Shown here: one piece after another, positions 18,648-28,306 of the stretch
Layout: every line of letters begins with the position of its first letter
Position numbering within the stretch: the stretch's first letter is position 1
Source of the DNA: an uncultured Actinomycetes bacterium
GTDB lineage: Bacteria; Actinomycetota; Thermoleophilia; RBG-16-64-13
Direction of reading: 5' to 3'
Assembly: GCA_963841735.1 (NCBI GenBank)
Contig: CAWJDT010000001.1
Span: 800,001 to 864,000, forward strand
DNA: 64,000 bases
Position numbers and translations under genes: made by a program
The notes under the pieces: model-generated
Told to the model about the DNA's origin: nothing
The model's input: the letters and a program-made list of their open reading frames with translations, nothing else
Databases searched by the model: none

Positions 18648-20426
18648 GTGGAAGTGAGACAGTTCGACAGACGTAGCCTCGGACAGCGGCGGCGGGAGCG
18701 CCGCCGTCGCGTTGTTATGCGGTGGCTCGTTCTCCTGGCCTGTGTTGTTATCGTCCTGCTGGTCGTCCTTATTGCCGGGCGTAGCTGCGGAGATGGTGCG
18801 GGCGGAGGCGGTCAGTCCGGAAACACCACCGAGTTCACCACCACCACTCTCCCCGCCGTCAACATGACGGTGGCCCCCGCCGCCGACACCACCCCGGCGG
18901 CTTTTGACCTAAGCACCGGCACGTATGTAAACGGGGAGAAGGTAACCTCCTACACCCGGCCCGACCCCATCGACTTCGGAGCGGGCGAGGACTACACCAG
19001 CCTAGAAGGTGTCATCACCTTCAGGGGCAACAACTACCGAGAAGGCGCCAGCTACGGCACCCCCAATGTCACCTTGGGCAAACTGACCCTGGAGTGGAGC
19101 ATCCCTTCAGGCAGCATAACCAAGGGCGGAGGAACCGGCTCCTGGACCGGCTCGGGCTGGACCGGGCAACCACTCATCGTCAAATGGCCCGAGGCCACCA
19201 AGCAGATCATGAACCTGAAGGATGCCAAGAAGGCCGACCCGAACCTCGTCGAGGTGATCTACCCTTGTCTAGACGGCCGCATCTACTTTCTGGATCTGGC
19301 CGACGGCAGCGCCACCCGCCCCGTCCTTGAAAGCGGCGGCGGCCCCTTCAAGGGCACCGGCAGCATTTATCCCGACGGCACCCCCATGCTCTTTGTGGGT
19401 CACGGAGATGACTCTCCGAACAAAGAAGTGGTGCGGGCCCGCCTCTATAGCCTCATCGATCAGAAGCTCCTCTACAGCTTCGGCAAGAAACCCGATGCCC
19501 TGTCGTTCAGGGCTTGGCACGCTTATGACTCAAGCGCCCTATTTGACGTGGGATCGGACACTTTGATCGAGCCGGGCGAGAACGGCGTCCTCTACACCAT
19601 CAAACTCAATACCAAGTACGACCCCGTCGCCGGCACCTTATCCGTAGACCCCGAGGAGCCCGTTAAACTGCGCTATACCGCTCCCAACTACAGCGTGAGC
19701 GGCGATAACTCCCCCGACCACCGCTGGTGGGGCATGGAAGACTCCGCTGTCATCTGGCGCAACTACCTCTATGTCAGCGATAACGGTGGCAAGCTCATGT
19801 GCTTCGATCTGAACACCATGAAGATGATCTGGGCCCAAGACGTGCTCGACGACACCAACTCCACGCCCATATTTGAAGAATCTCGGGAAGACGGCACCTG
19901 CTACATCTACATCTCCACCTCGCTGCACATCACCGCCACAGGTAACTCGTCGCGCACGGGCGGCATCCCTATCTGGAAGATAGACGCGGCCACCGGTGAG
20001 ATCGTGTGGCAGACGCCCGACTACCCCTGCTACACCATAAGCGGCGTTTCCGGAGGGGTGGAGGCCACCCCAGTCTTGGGTAAGAACGATATCTCCAATC
20101 TGGTGATCTACCCCATCGCCCGCACACCGGGCGCCAACTCCGGGATCCTGGTGGCCCTTGACAAGGCGACCGGAGAAGAGGTCTGGAAGATGCCCATGAC
20201 CAACTACGCCTGGAGTTCACCGATTGCCATCTACACGCCGGCGGGCAAGAGTTACATAGTGCAGTGTGACTCGGTGGGCACCATGTTCCTAATCGAAGGC
20301 ACCACCGGAACCATAGTAGACACGCTTGATCTAGGGACCAACGTCGAGGCTTCCCCCGCTGCCTACGGCAACATGATCGTGGTGGGTACTCGGGGCGAGA
20401 AGATCTGCGGAGTGAGCATCAAGTAG
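18648..20426 (+). CDS. Membrane-anchored PQQ-like beta-propeller protein
   Basis: N-terminal TM, TFRGN, WTGQP, repeated 'DxATGExxW' blades. Confidence 0.8.
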   Translation: MEVRQFDRRSLGQRRRERRRRVVMRWLVLLACVVIVLLVVLIAGRSCGDGAGGGGQSGNTTEFTTTTLPAVNMTVAPAADTTPAAFDLSTGTYVNGEKVTSYTRPDPIDFGAGEDYTSLEGVITFRGNNYREGASYGTPNVTLGKLTLEWSIPSGSITKGGGTGSWTGSGWTGQPLIVKWPEATKQIMNLKDAKKADPNLVEVIYPCLDGRIYFLDLADGSATRPVLESGGGPFKGTGSIYPDGTPMLFVGHGDDSPNKEVVRARLYSLIDQKLLYSFGKKPDALSFRAWHAYDSSALFDVGSDTLIEPGENGVLYTIKLNTKYDPVAGTLSVDPEEPVKLRYTAPNYSVSGDNSPDHRWWGMEDSAVIWRNYLYVSDNGGKLMCFDLNTMKMIWAQDVLDDTNSTPIFEESREDGTCYIYISTSLHITATGNSSRTGGIPIWKIDAATGEIVWQTPDYPCYTISGVSGGVEATPVLGKNDISNLVIYPIARTPGANSGILVALDKATGEEVWKMPMTNYAWSSPIAIYTPAGKSYIVQCDSVGTMFLIEGTTGTIVDTLDLGTNVEASPAAYGNMIVVGTRGEKICGVSIK

Positions 20427-20546
20427 GGCCGGGCTGCGGGTGGCGCGACCTCCCCGTGCTCCTCATGAGGTGACCTCCTCCGGCCGATAGTCCTCCCGTA
20501 GGGTTCTCGCTTTCGAGTGCGAGAGAGTCTCTCGCGTAGGCGGCTC

Positions 20547-20789
20547 ATGGCTACTCCCCATACATGCGAATGCCCCGGCTGTGGTGCGACCGTCGGCTTA
20601 CCGGATAGCTGCTTTGCCGGTGGTTCTCCGTGCGAGGCCGAACGCCTTGGCCAAGTGGCTAGGGCCGTGTGCGGCTGCTGGACGGCGGAGCTGCCCGAGG
20701 GTGTATTCCATCGCCTCTTGAGTGCCGTGACGGCCAGCGCGGGCAGTCACTGTCTCCCCAAGAATCGAGCCGGGCGGACTGCTTTCTAG
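20547..20789 (+). CDS. Small Cys-rich hypothetical protein
   Basis: ATG ORF filling the gap, CECPGC motif; weak support. Confidence 0.3.
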   Translation: MATPHTCECPGCGATVGLPDSCFAGGSPCEAERLGQVARAVCGCWTAELPEGVFHRLLSAVTASAGSHCLPKNRAGRTAF

Positions 20790-22501
20790 AGCGATCCCCA
20801 AGGTCGGCTGTTGGCCACGTCGCTCGCGGTCAGCCAGCCACGCCTGGCCTCCTGCACCCCGTAGCGAAGATTGTCGAAGTCGGACGGGCTGTGCGCGTCG
20901 CTGCTTATGACCAGTTTCGCGCCCAAGGCGGCCGCGCGGCGCGCCGCCTGCGCCGTCAGGTCCAACCGGTCCGGCGATCCGTTGATCTCCAGATAGGTGC
21001 CTGTTTCGGCCGCCACGCGAGCCAACATCTCGAGGTCCACTTGATAGGGTTCACGTCGTCCCAAGAGGCGGCCGGTAGGGTGGCCGAGGGAACGCACGTG
21101 CGGGTTGCGCATGGCGCCGGTGAGCCGTTCCATAATCTTGGCCTGCGGTTGTGCGAACCCGGAATGGATGCTGGCGGTGACGAAGTCTAGGCGGGCCAGG
21201 CTGTCGTCGGGCAGGTCGAGCCGCCCGTCGGCGAGGATGTCCACCTCGATGCCGGCCAGAAGCCGGATGCCTTCCAGCCGGCTATCCAGTTCTCTGATTG
21301 CCTCGATCTGCGCCAGCAGGCGCTCGGGACCAAGGCCCCCGGTCATGCCCAGCGACTGGGAATGGTCACAGAAGCAGAGGTAGTCCAGACCCCTCTCCCG
21401 GGCCGCAAGGGCCATCTCTTCCAAGGTGGCGCGGCCGTCGGTCCAATCGGAGTGCACGTGCAGGTCACCGCGCAAATCGGGGAGAGACACCAAGTCAGGG
21501 AGCGATCCTTCCTCGGCCGCCTGGATCTCCCCCTGGTCCTCCCGCAACTCCGGGGGGATGTAGCGCAGACCCACCTGCGCATACACCTCCTCTTCGGTGG
21601 CGCAGGTGACCTGCCTTCCGGTCTCTAGGTGCTCGACGTGGTACTCGCTGATCTTGCAGCCGCGGCGCTGGGCGTGGCCGCGCAGGGCCACGTTGTGGGC
21701 GGCGCTGCCCGTATAGTGTTGCAGAAGGTTTCCGTACGACTCGGCGGGGACGATGCGGAAGTCGACCTCGAGGCCGGTGTGGGTCTTGGCCGCCAGCTTG
21801 GTGTCTCCACGCTCATCGATTTGGGCCACTTCAGGCAGGGAGGCGAAGAAGTCCATGACCGCCGCCGGACTGGACGAGGCGGCTACCAAGTCGATGTCTC
21901 CCGTCGTGGCGCGCAGACGGCGCAGGCTGCCGGCATAGTCGGCGGCTGAGACCGCGGGCAGGGTGCGCAGCGCATCCACCAGATGGGAAGCCTGGGGCTC
22001 CACCGTGGAACGGAGGCGGCGGATCTCCTCTCCGTTGGCAGCTGCCGCCTTGTGAGCCTCCAAGGCGCGGAGCAGCTTGGCCTCTGTTCTATCGCCCATG
22101 CCGGGGATCTCGCGGATGTGACCCTCGCGGCAGGCCCGCTCCAGACCGCGCAGATCGACTACTCCCGCGGACTTCCAGACTAGGCGCGCCCTCTTGGCCC
22201 CCATGCCGGGCATACGCATGATGGCGAGCAATCCCTCGGGATAGCGCTCCCGCAGTTGCTCCAAGAAGGCCATCTTGCCGGTAGCGATGTACTCCAGGAC
22301 TTTGGCCTCGATGGCCTCGCCCACACCCGGTAACGCTCGGAGTTCGCTTCGGACCGCCATCTCGGCGATCGACAGCGGGTGGTCGGCGAAGAGGGTGGCG
22401 GCTTTCTCGTAGGCGATCACCCGGTAGATGGACTCGCCCTCCAGGGCCAAGTAGCCGGCCACGTCGGCGAAGAGGGAGGCCAACTCGCCGTTGGTGGGCA
22501 T
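20786..22501 (-). CDS. polX: DNA polymerase X with PHP domain
   Basis: LPGVG HhH, AGSLRR, GDID, YTGSAAHN, GDLHVHS, DHS, EING, SDAH; start at about 22501. Confidence 0.95.
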   Translation of the reverse strand: MPTNGELASLFADVAGYLALEGESIYRVIAYEKAATLFADHPLSIAEMAVRSELRALPGVGEAIEAKVLEYIATGKMAFLEQLRERYPEGLLAIMRMPGMGAKRARLVWKSAGVVDLRGLERACREGHIREIPGMGDRTEAKLLRALEAHKAAAANGEEIRRLRSTVEPQASHLVDALRTLPAVSAADYAGSLRRLRATTGDIDLVAASSSPAAVMDFFASLPEVAQIDERGDTKLAAKTHTGLEVDFRIVPAESYGNLLQHYTGSAAHNVALRGHAQRRGCKISEYHVEHLETGRQVTCATEEEVYAQVGLRYIPPELREDQGEIQAAEEGSLPDLVSLPDLRGDLHVHSDWTDGRATLEEMALAARERGLDYLCFCDHSQSLGMTGGLGPERLLAQIEAIRELDSRLEGIRLLAGIEVDILADGRLDLPDDSLARLDFVTASIHSGFAQPQAKIMERLTGAMRNPHVRSLGHPTGRLLGRREPYQVDLEMLARVAAETGTYLEINGSPDRLDLTAQAARRAAALGAKLVISSDAHSPSDFDNLRYGVQEARRGWLTASDVANSRPWGSL

Positions 22502-22511
22502 GTGCGTAGCC

Positions 22512-24752
22512 TCAGCGGCCATGGATGAGATAGCACCTGTGGATACGGGGATTGCGCGCGAAGTCCGGGGGGATGGTCTGCGCGCTGATGTCGCTGATCG
22601 CGAATTGCTCGGACAGCTCTGGGTCGAGCTTGAAGCGGCGAGAGTTGGTGGAGAACAGGAGGGCGCCGCCTGGGGAGAGCAGGTGGACGGCGGGCCGGAT
22701 GAGAGCGGCGTGATCGCGCTGGATGTCAAGAGTGTCGGTCATGCTCTTGGAGTTGGAAAAGGTGGGGGCGTCCAGAAAGATGAGGCCGTAGTCGTGGGGC
22801 GCACCCGGGGTGCCACCGGTCTTCCGGGTAGCGGTCGCCTCCAGCCACTCCACACAATCCGCCCGCACGTAGCTGTGCTCGGGCCCGGAGAACCCGTTGA
22901 GGGTCATGTTGCGTCGAGCCCATTCCAGGTAGGTGGACGACAAGTCGAGCGTGGTGGTTTCGGTCGCCCCTCCGGCGGCAGCGTAGACCGAAGCGGAGCC
23001 GGTGTAGGCAAAAAGATTGAGAAACCGCCGCCCCGAGGCCATCTCACGGATGAGGTTCCGGGTGATGCGATGATCGAGGAACAGCCCGGTGTCGAGGTAG
23101 TCGGTCAAGTTCACAAGGAAACGTAGGTCGTTCTCTTGGACCTCGACGAGGTGGCCGTCGTCGCCCAGCTTCTGGTACTGCTCGGGGCCTCTCTGCGGTC
23201 TCCGTATTTTCGTCACCACGTGGGAGGCTGGGACTCCCAGCACCCCGGGAACGGCAGCCACCGCCTGCTTCAACCTGCGCCGGGCTCGTACGGGGTCCAC
23301 TGTATCGGGGGGCGAATACTCCTGAACGTGCACCCAATCCCCGTAGAGATCGACGGCCACCGCATATTCCGGCAGGTCGGCATCGTAGACGCGGTAGCAC
23401 TGGATGTTCTCGCGGGTTGCCCACGACCGCAGATGCTTGAGGTTCTTGCGGAGACGGTTGGCGAACATCTGCGCGCCCTCTCCGAGTGCCGTGTCGGCGC
23501 CGGTGTGCGGACCGGCTGCCTGGCCGTCGCCGCCATGGACGTCACCTATATGGAAGAGCAGCAGTTTGCACTCCAGCGGGCCGTTGTAGAGAACGTTGAC
23601 CCGGTGGGCTCGTAGCCCCAAGTGAGCTCCCAAGTCCGGATTGCCGGTGAAGATAGCGGCTTCCCACCCCGAGAAGTGCTCCTTGAGCTTCTGGCCCAGG
23701 GTCTCGTAGGTCTCCACCAACGCCAGCGCGTCTCCGAGCCGTTTGCCGTAGGGCGGGTTGGTCACCATAAGGCCCGGGATGCCCGTCGGGGCTGCGCGTA
23801 CCTGGCCGTCCGTCCGGACGAGACCGGTGAGCCCGGACAGCCCGCGTTTCCCCAGCAATATGCGGCCCGCGAGCCCCGCCCTGCGGGCGTTGGCGCGGGC
23901 CGTCAGCACGGCCTTGTTATCCACATCGAATCCCAAGATGGGGGGCAGGGTTTTCAGTCCTTGGACGCGTCGCTCCTGGGCCTCTCGTATAAGGTCGGTC
24001 CATTCCGCGGGCTCAAAACCTCTCCACCCCAAGAAGCCGAAGTACTCCCTCAGCAGACCCGGAGCGATGTCGGCGGCCATGAAGGCGCCTTCAACCAACA
24101 GAGTGCCCGAGCCGCACATGGGGTCTATCAGAGTCCCGCCCGCCCCGGCGACGCCCGGCCATCCTGCGCGCAGCAGGATGGCCGCGGCCAGGTTCTCTTT
24201 GAGGGGGGCGTCTCCCCCCTCCATGCGATATCCGCGCCTGTGCAGGCTGTCGCCGGAGAGGTCGAGGCTGACGACCACCCCGGCTGGGGCGATGTGAAGG
24301 TTGATACGGATGTCCGGCCGGGCCAGGTCGACTCCGGGACGGCTTCCGGTCTTCTCGCGGAAGCGGTCGACCACGGCGTCTTTGACCCGCTGTTCGACGA
24401 AATGGGTGTTGATCTGAGCGAAAGGACCCCGGCTGACGGCCGAGGTCACCTCCACGGCCAGAGTGCCGCTGACCGACATATGGTCTTCCCAGGGGAGTTC
24501 GAGCACAGCGGCGTAGAGGTCGTCGGGCTCTTCGGCCGCAAACGAGGTGAGGCGGAGGAGCACCCGGCCCGCCACTCGCGACCACAGGCACACCCGGTAG
24601 GCCAGCGCGAGCGATCCGGTGAAGGCGGCCCCGCCTCTGGTCTCGGTGGCGTCGGTGGCGCCCAGCGAGCGTAGTTCGTCCAGCAAGAGCCCTTCTGTGT
24701 TGCGCAGACAGGTGACGAAGAAGGCGTGATTGTTAAAGGAAGTGAGTGGCAT
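22512..24752 (-). CDS. rlmKL: Bifunctional 23S rRNA m2G2445/m7G2069 methyltransferase
   Basis: THUMP domain, LHRRGYR, DPMCGSGT, NPPYG, YLDTGLFLDHR, NLFAYTG. Confidence 0.95.
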   Translation of the reverse strand: MPLTSFNNHAFFVTCLRNTEGLLLDELRSLGATDATETRGGAAFTGSLALAYRVCLWSRVAGRVLLRLTSFAAEEPDDLYAAVLELPWEDHMSVSGTLAVEVTSAVSRGPFAQINTHFVEQRVKDAVVDRFREKTGSRPGVDLARPDIRINLHIAPAGVVVSLDLSGDSLHRRGYRMEGGDAPLKENLAAAILLRAGWPGVAGAGGTLIDPMCGSGTLLVEGAFMAADIAPGLLREYFGFLGWRGFEPAEWTDLIREAQERRVQGLKTLPPILGFDVDNKAVLTARANARRAGLAGRILLGKRGLSGLTGLVRTDGQVRAAPTGIPGLMVTNPPYGKRLGDALALVETYETLGQKLKEHFSGWEAAIFTGNPDLGAHLGLRAHRVNVLYNGPLECKLLLFHIGDVHGGDGQAAGPHTGADTALGEGAQMFANRLRKNLKHLRSWATRENIQCYRVYDADLPEYAVAVDLYGDWVHVQEYSPPDTVDPVRARRRLKQAVAAVPGVLGVPASHVVTKIRRPQRGPEQYQKLGDDGHLVEVQENDLRFLVNLTDYLDTGLFLDHRITRNLIREMASGRRFLNLFAYTGSASVYAAAGGATETTTLDLSSTYLEWARRNMTLNGFSGPEHSYVRADCVEWLEATATRKTGGTPGAPHDYGLIFLDAPTFSNSKSMTDTLDIQRDHAALIRPAVHLLSPGGALLFSTNSRRFKLDPELSEQFAISDISAQTIPPDFARNPRIHRCYLIHGR

Positions 24753-24768
24753 GATGCCGCAGAGTATA

Positions 24769-24806
24769 GACGGAGGGGCGGGGCGTGATCGCCCCGCCCC
24801 TCCGTC
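24769..24806. terminator. GC-rich hairpin downstream of mscL
   Basis: GACGGAGGGGCGGGGCG-tgat-CGCCCCGCCCCTCCGTC, perfect 17-bp stem. Confidence 0.65.
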
Positions 24807-24837
24807 GGTGCTCGCTTCGTGAGTGGGCGCCGCGGTT

Positions 24838-25287
24838 CTAGGATTTCTCGGCGGCCGGTAGCTCCGAGGTGCAGGCTGGGCAGCGGGTCGCCGCCAGCGG
24901 GATGGATGTGGTGCAGAACGGGCAGTTCCTGGTGGTCGTCGCCTTCGGCTTTGAGACCTTCGCGTAAGCCTTGATGACGAAGAACAGCACGAGGGCCACG
25001 ATGAGGAAGGTCAGTATGGCGTTGACGAAAACGCCGTAGTTGATGGTAACAGCGCCTGCCGCCTGCGCGTCGGCGAGCGTGGCGTACGATCCACCCGGGA
25101 CGCCGTCCTTGATCACCGCGAAGAGATTCGAGAAGTCGACCCCGCCAAGCCCCAAGCCCACCGCGGGCATGATCATGTCGTTCACAAGTGACGTGACCAC
25201 GGTGGCGAACGTGACCCCCATGATGAAGGCCACGGCCAGTTGGACTAGGTTGCCTTTGTCGATAAACGCCCTAAAGTCTTTCAGCAT
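24838..25287 (-). CDS. mscL: Large-conductance mechanosensitive channel with C-terminal CxxC..CxxC
   Basis: MLKDFRAFIDKGNLVQLAVAFIMG...NYGVF...CPFC...RCPAC; start ATG 25287. Confidence 0.93.
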   Translation of the reverse strand: MLKDFRAFIDKGNLVQLAVAFIMGVTFATVVTSLVNDMIMPAVGLGLGGVDFSNLFAVIKDGVPGGSYATLADAQAAGAVTINYGVFVNAILTFLIVALVLFFVIKAYAKVSKPKATTTRNCPFCTTSIPLAATRCPACTSELPAAEKS

Positions 25288-25331
25288 GTCCGCTCTCCTT
25301 GTCCTCGGTCGACAGTATCGGGCACTTCGTG

Positions 25332-27821
25332 CTAGCCCCAGGCCCCGGTCAGCGGCCCGGAGGCATCCTTCCAGTAGGGCATCCACACCAGGCCCAGGGC
25401 GTCCACCGTGATGTCACTCTTGCGGGGCCGCATTAGCAGTTTCTCCAGAGCCTCGGTCTTGGGATCCAGACCGGATTGGAGGGCAGCGATCTGCTCCTGC
25501 AGCTCGGTGTCCAGGTCGGCGAGTTTCTGCTTGACGGCGGTGAGGTTCTCATCGGCCCGCTTGACGTCGCCGCCCTCGTCGATGCTGCGACCCACGTCGC
25601 GCATGGTGGTGGTTGCTCGGCCCAGGGTACCGGTGCTGAGTTTCTTGCGCCCCCCCAGAGCGCTGAGGACGGTGGCGCCAAAGGAGATGGCTGTCTGCAG
25701 CTTGCGGCCGCGAGACTGTTCGGCCTCGCGGGCCTTCGCCTGTTCGGCTCTGAACACCTGCTGCTCCACCGTGGCCTTCTTGGCGTCGTAGCGTTTCTGC
25801 AATGCGTCGACTTGCGCCCTCTTCTTGTCGTCGGCGGCGGCTTGGAGCCGGCCGCGGAAGTCGTCCTCGCTCTCTCCGGGGTTGGAGGTCGCCTTGAAGG
25901 TGGCGCTCTTGAACACCTCCATGGTCTGGGTGCGGAAGGCCCAGTCGGAGAAGTCACCCATCCAAGAGCGATACGACGATACCTTGGTCATGACCGCGGG
26001 CAGGGGGAGCATGGCGGCGCCGGCGTAGGGCCGGCGGTCCAGCTCTTCTAGAGACGGCTCGAGAGCAGTGGCCTTCTCCCAGTCGATGGCGAGAGCGCTC
26101 TCGGGAGCCGATGCGATGCGGCGGATCCGGTTAGAAGTGCCGGCTCCACTTCCCCTGCTGACAAATGCGACGGTCGCTGCCGCTAGGACCCCGGCTTGAT
26201 AGACGAGCTGCCCACCTGGGGGAGTCGTACCCCGCACCGGCAGGTAGTACTGGGGTATATCGGCCGGGATGGTGGCGGGGCCGCCGGCTCCGGCAGCCGC
26301 GGTGGCCGCGACTGCGCCGGGCAGAGGCCCAGCGAGGATGGTGGCGGGCGGTTGAACCTCCGCGGCCGCCCGCCCGGCCGCCCGCTCGGCCTCCTGCTTC
26401 TCGATGCGCGGCCGGCGTGGGTCCATGAGGGTCTTGATCTGCGTGCGGGTGGCCGGCCCAGCCAGGTACGACATGGTCCAGCGGGTTTGGAAGGTCACCG
26501 GGGCGTTCTCGTGCACGTTGTACATGAGGAACACCCGCTTGCCCAGCCCGGCCAGCGTCTCCTCCATCTTGCCACGGTCGAACTTGCCTTCTGTGCCGGC
26601 GGCCACGCCCTCCAGCCCCTCGAGTAGACGGTCTTTGTCGCGCTCGGTCTGCAGTCGGCCGATGAACCAGGTGCCGGCGTTGGCCAGACCTTTGTAGTCG
26701 AGATCCACCGGGTTCTGAGTGGCCAAGAGCACTCCCACCCCGAAGGCTCTGGCCTGCTTGAGCAGAGTAAGGAGTGGCTTCTTGGACGGGGGTTCGGCGA
26801 CAGGCGGGAAGAAGCCGAAGATCTCGTCCATGTATATGATGGCTCTCAGGCCGCCTGTGCCGGGCTGCGACCGCACCCAGCCCAACACCTCGTTGAGCAG
26901 GAGCGACACGAAGAACATGCGCTCGGCGTCGGAGAGATGGGCGATGGAGAAGATGGAGACCCGAGGCCTGCCGTCAGCGGCATGCAGCATGTTCTGGATG
27001 TCCAGGGCGTCGCCCTCGAGCCAGGTCTGGAATGTGGGAGCTGCCAGCAGGTTGTTTATGAGCATGGCCAGCTGGTTTCGCTCCTTGGACGGGTAGAACG
27101 ATTCCAGGTCGACCACTCCCACCGTCGCGAAGGGCGGATTCTGGATCTGCGGGATGAGCGCCGCCAGGTCCAGGTCCCGACCGGCCGACCAGGCGGTGTT
27201 GAAGAGTCTCGACAGCAGGATGTGCTCCCGGCTTTGCACCGGATCGGCGGCTATGCCCACCAGTCCCAAGAGACTCGTGGCGGCGGTGCTTATGCGGTCG
27301 CGAAACGCTTCCTCGTCGTCACGAACGGACTGGGTCGGTGCGGCGAACGATTTGAGGATGCTCACGGGGAGCCCAGCGGTGGACCCGGGGGTGTAGATGG
27401 TGAAGTCGGCAGCGTCCTTCAGACGCTTGATCCGCTCGGGTTCGATATCCCAATCGGCCAGACCTTGCTTCCAGGTCTCCGCCTGTTCCTTGGCGAAGCC
27501 GTCCAAGGACACACCCTTCTTGTTGGCCTCGTCTTCGCTCACCCAGGGGCGGAACTCCTGGGCACTAAGGTCGGGGAAGGTAAGCAGGAGGTTGGCCAGA
27601 TCGCCCTTGGGGTCTATGACGATAGCCGGGATCCCGTCGAGAGCGGCTTCTTCGAGCAGGCCCACGCAGAGCCCTGTCTTTCCGCTGCCGGTCATACCTA
27701 CGCACATGCCGTGGGTGACGAGGTCTGTGGAGTCGTAGAGGAGGGGGTCGCCGGCCTTCTTGGTGGACAGGTCGTACCTGCGGCCCAGGTAGAAGGAACC
27801 CAGCTTGTCGTAGTCATTCAT
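25332..27821 (-). CDS. HerA/FtsK-like P-loop ATPase (DUF87/DUF853-type) with coiled-coil C-terminus
   Basis: GMTGSGKT, IDPKGD, YMDE, LLKQARAFG, LATQNP. Confidence 0.85.
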   Translation of the reverse strand: MNDYDKLGSFYLGRRYDLSTKKAGDPLLYDSTDLVTHGMCVGMTGSGKTGLCVGLLEEAALDGIPAIVIDPKGDLANLLLTFPDLSAQEFRPWVSEDEANKKGVSLDGFAKEQAETWKQGLADWDIEPERIKRLKDAADFTIYTPGSTAGLPVSILKSFAAPTQSVRDDEEAFRDRISTAATSLLGLVGIAADPVQSREHILLSRLFNTAWSAGRDLDLAALIPQIQNPPFATVGVVDLESFYPSKERNQLAMLINNLLAAPTFQTWLEGDALDIQNMLHAADGRPRVSIFSIAHLSDAERMFFVSLLLNEVLGWVRSQPGTGGLRAIIYMDEIFGFFPPVAEPPSKKPLLTLLKQARAFGVGVLLATQNPVDLDYKGLANAGTWFIGRLQTERDKDRLLEGLEGVAAGTEGKFDRGKMEETLAGLGKRVFLMYNVHENAPVTFQTRWTMSYLAGPATRTQIKTLMDPRRPRIEKQEAERAAGRAAAEVQPPATILAGPLPGAVAATAAAGAGGPATIPADIPQYYLPVRGTTPPGGQLVYQAGVLAAATVAFVSRGSGAGTSNRIRRIASAPESALAIDWEKATALEPSLEELDRRPYAGAAMLPLPAVMTKVSSYRSWMGDFSDWAFRTQTMEVFKSATFKATSNPGESEDDFRGRLQAAADDKKRAQVDALQKRYDAKKATVEQQVFRAEQAKAREAEQSRGRKLQTAISFGATVLSALGGRKKLSTGTLGRATTTMRDVGRSIDEGGDVKRADENLTAVKQKLADLDTELQEQIAALQSGLDPKTEALEKLLMRPRKSDITVDALGLVWMPYWKDASGPLTGAWG

Positions 27822-28003
27822 ATGAGAAAGCTCCTCCCGGCTATGGGGTACCCGTCATGTTCCACAATATGCATGCTCGCGCAGAAACTCAAACTCTCCA
27901 CGACCCGGTGGACTGGGGTTACATCGTCGCCGCGCGTGGGTAGTAACCAAGCACACGCCCGGCGACCCCAGGCCGCACCGCCGAAGGACCGAAAGGGGAA
28001 AAG

Positions 28004-28306
28004 ATGGCCGACAAGAAGGTCGAACGCCCCGGTAGAGAACGCCCTCGCACTCCCACTCAGAAGATGCAAGCCGCACTCTCGGAGTCAGGCACCATGAGCA
28101 TGGCCGACACCGCGCACGACAAGGCGAAGTCCGCCTTGGTAGACAAGTTCCGCGACCGTGAGCAGCGGTGGCGCACAGAGCAGGCGCTACGCGACCGGGA
28201 GGTCGTGCAAAGTGGGGAGCATGTCGCCGAGCACGGTACCGAGGACACGGTGGAGGTGGGTGAGACGGCAAAAGCTGAGGGCCCGGGCGAGGGTGGTACA
28301 TCGTGA
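28004..28306 (+). CDS. Hypothetical charged protein
   Basis: SD AGGGG, ATG start; overlaps the next gene (GTGA). Confidence 0.6.
   Translation: MADKKVERPGRERPRTPTQKMQAALSESGTMSMADTAHDKAKSALVDKFRDREQRWRTEQALRDREVVQSGEHVAEHGTEDTVEVGETAKAEGPGEGGTS

Noticed and set aside
24838-24930. MscL zinc-ribbon tail as a novelty
   Set aside because: CPxC...RCPxC tails are a familiar MscL variant
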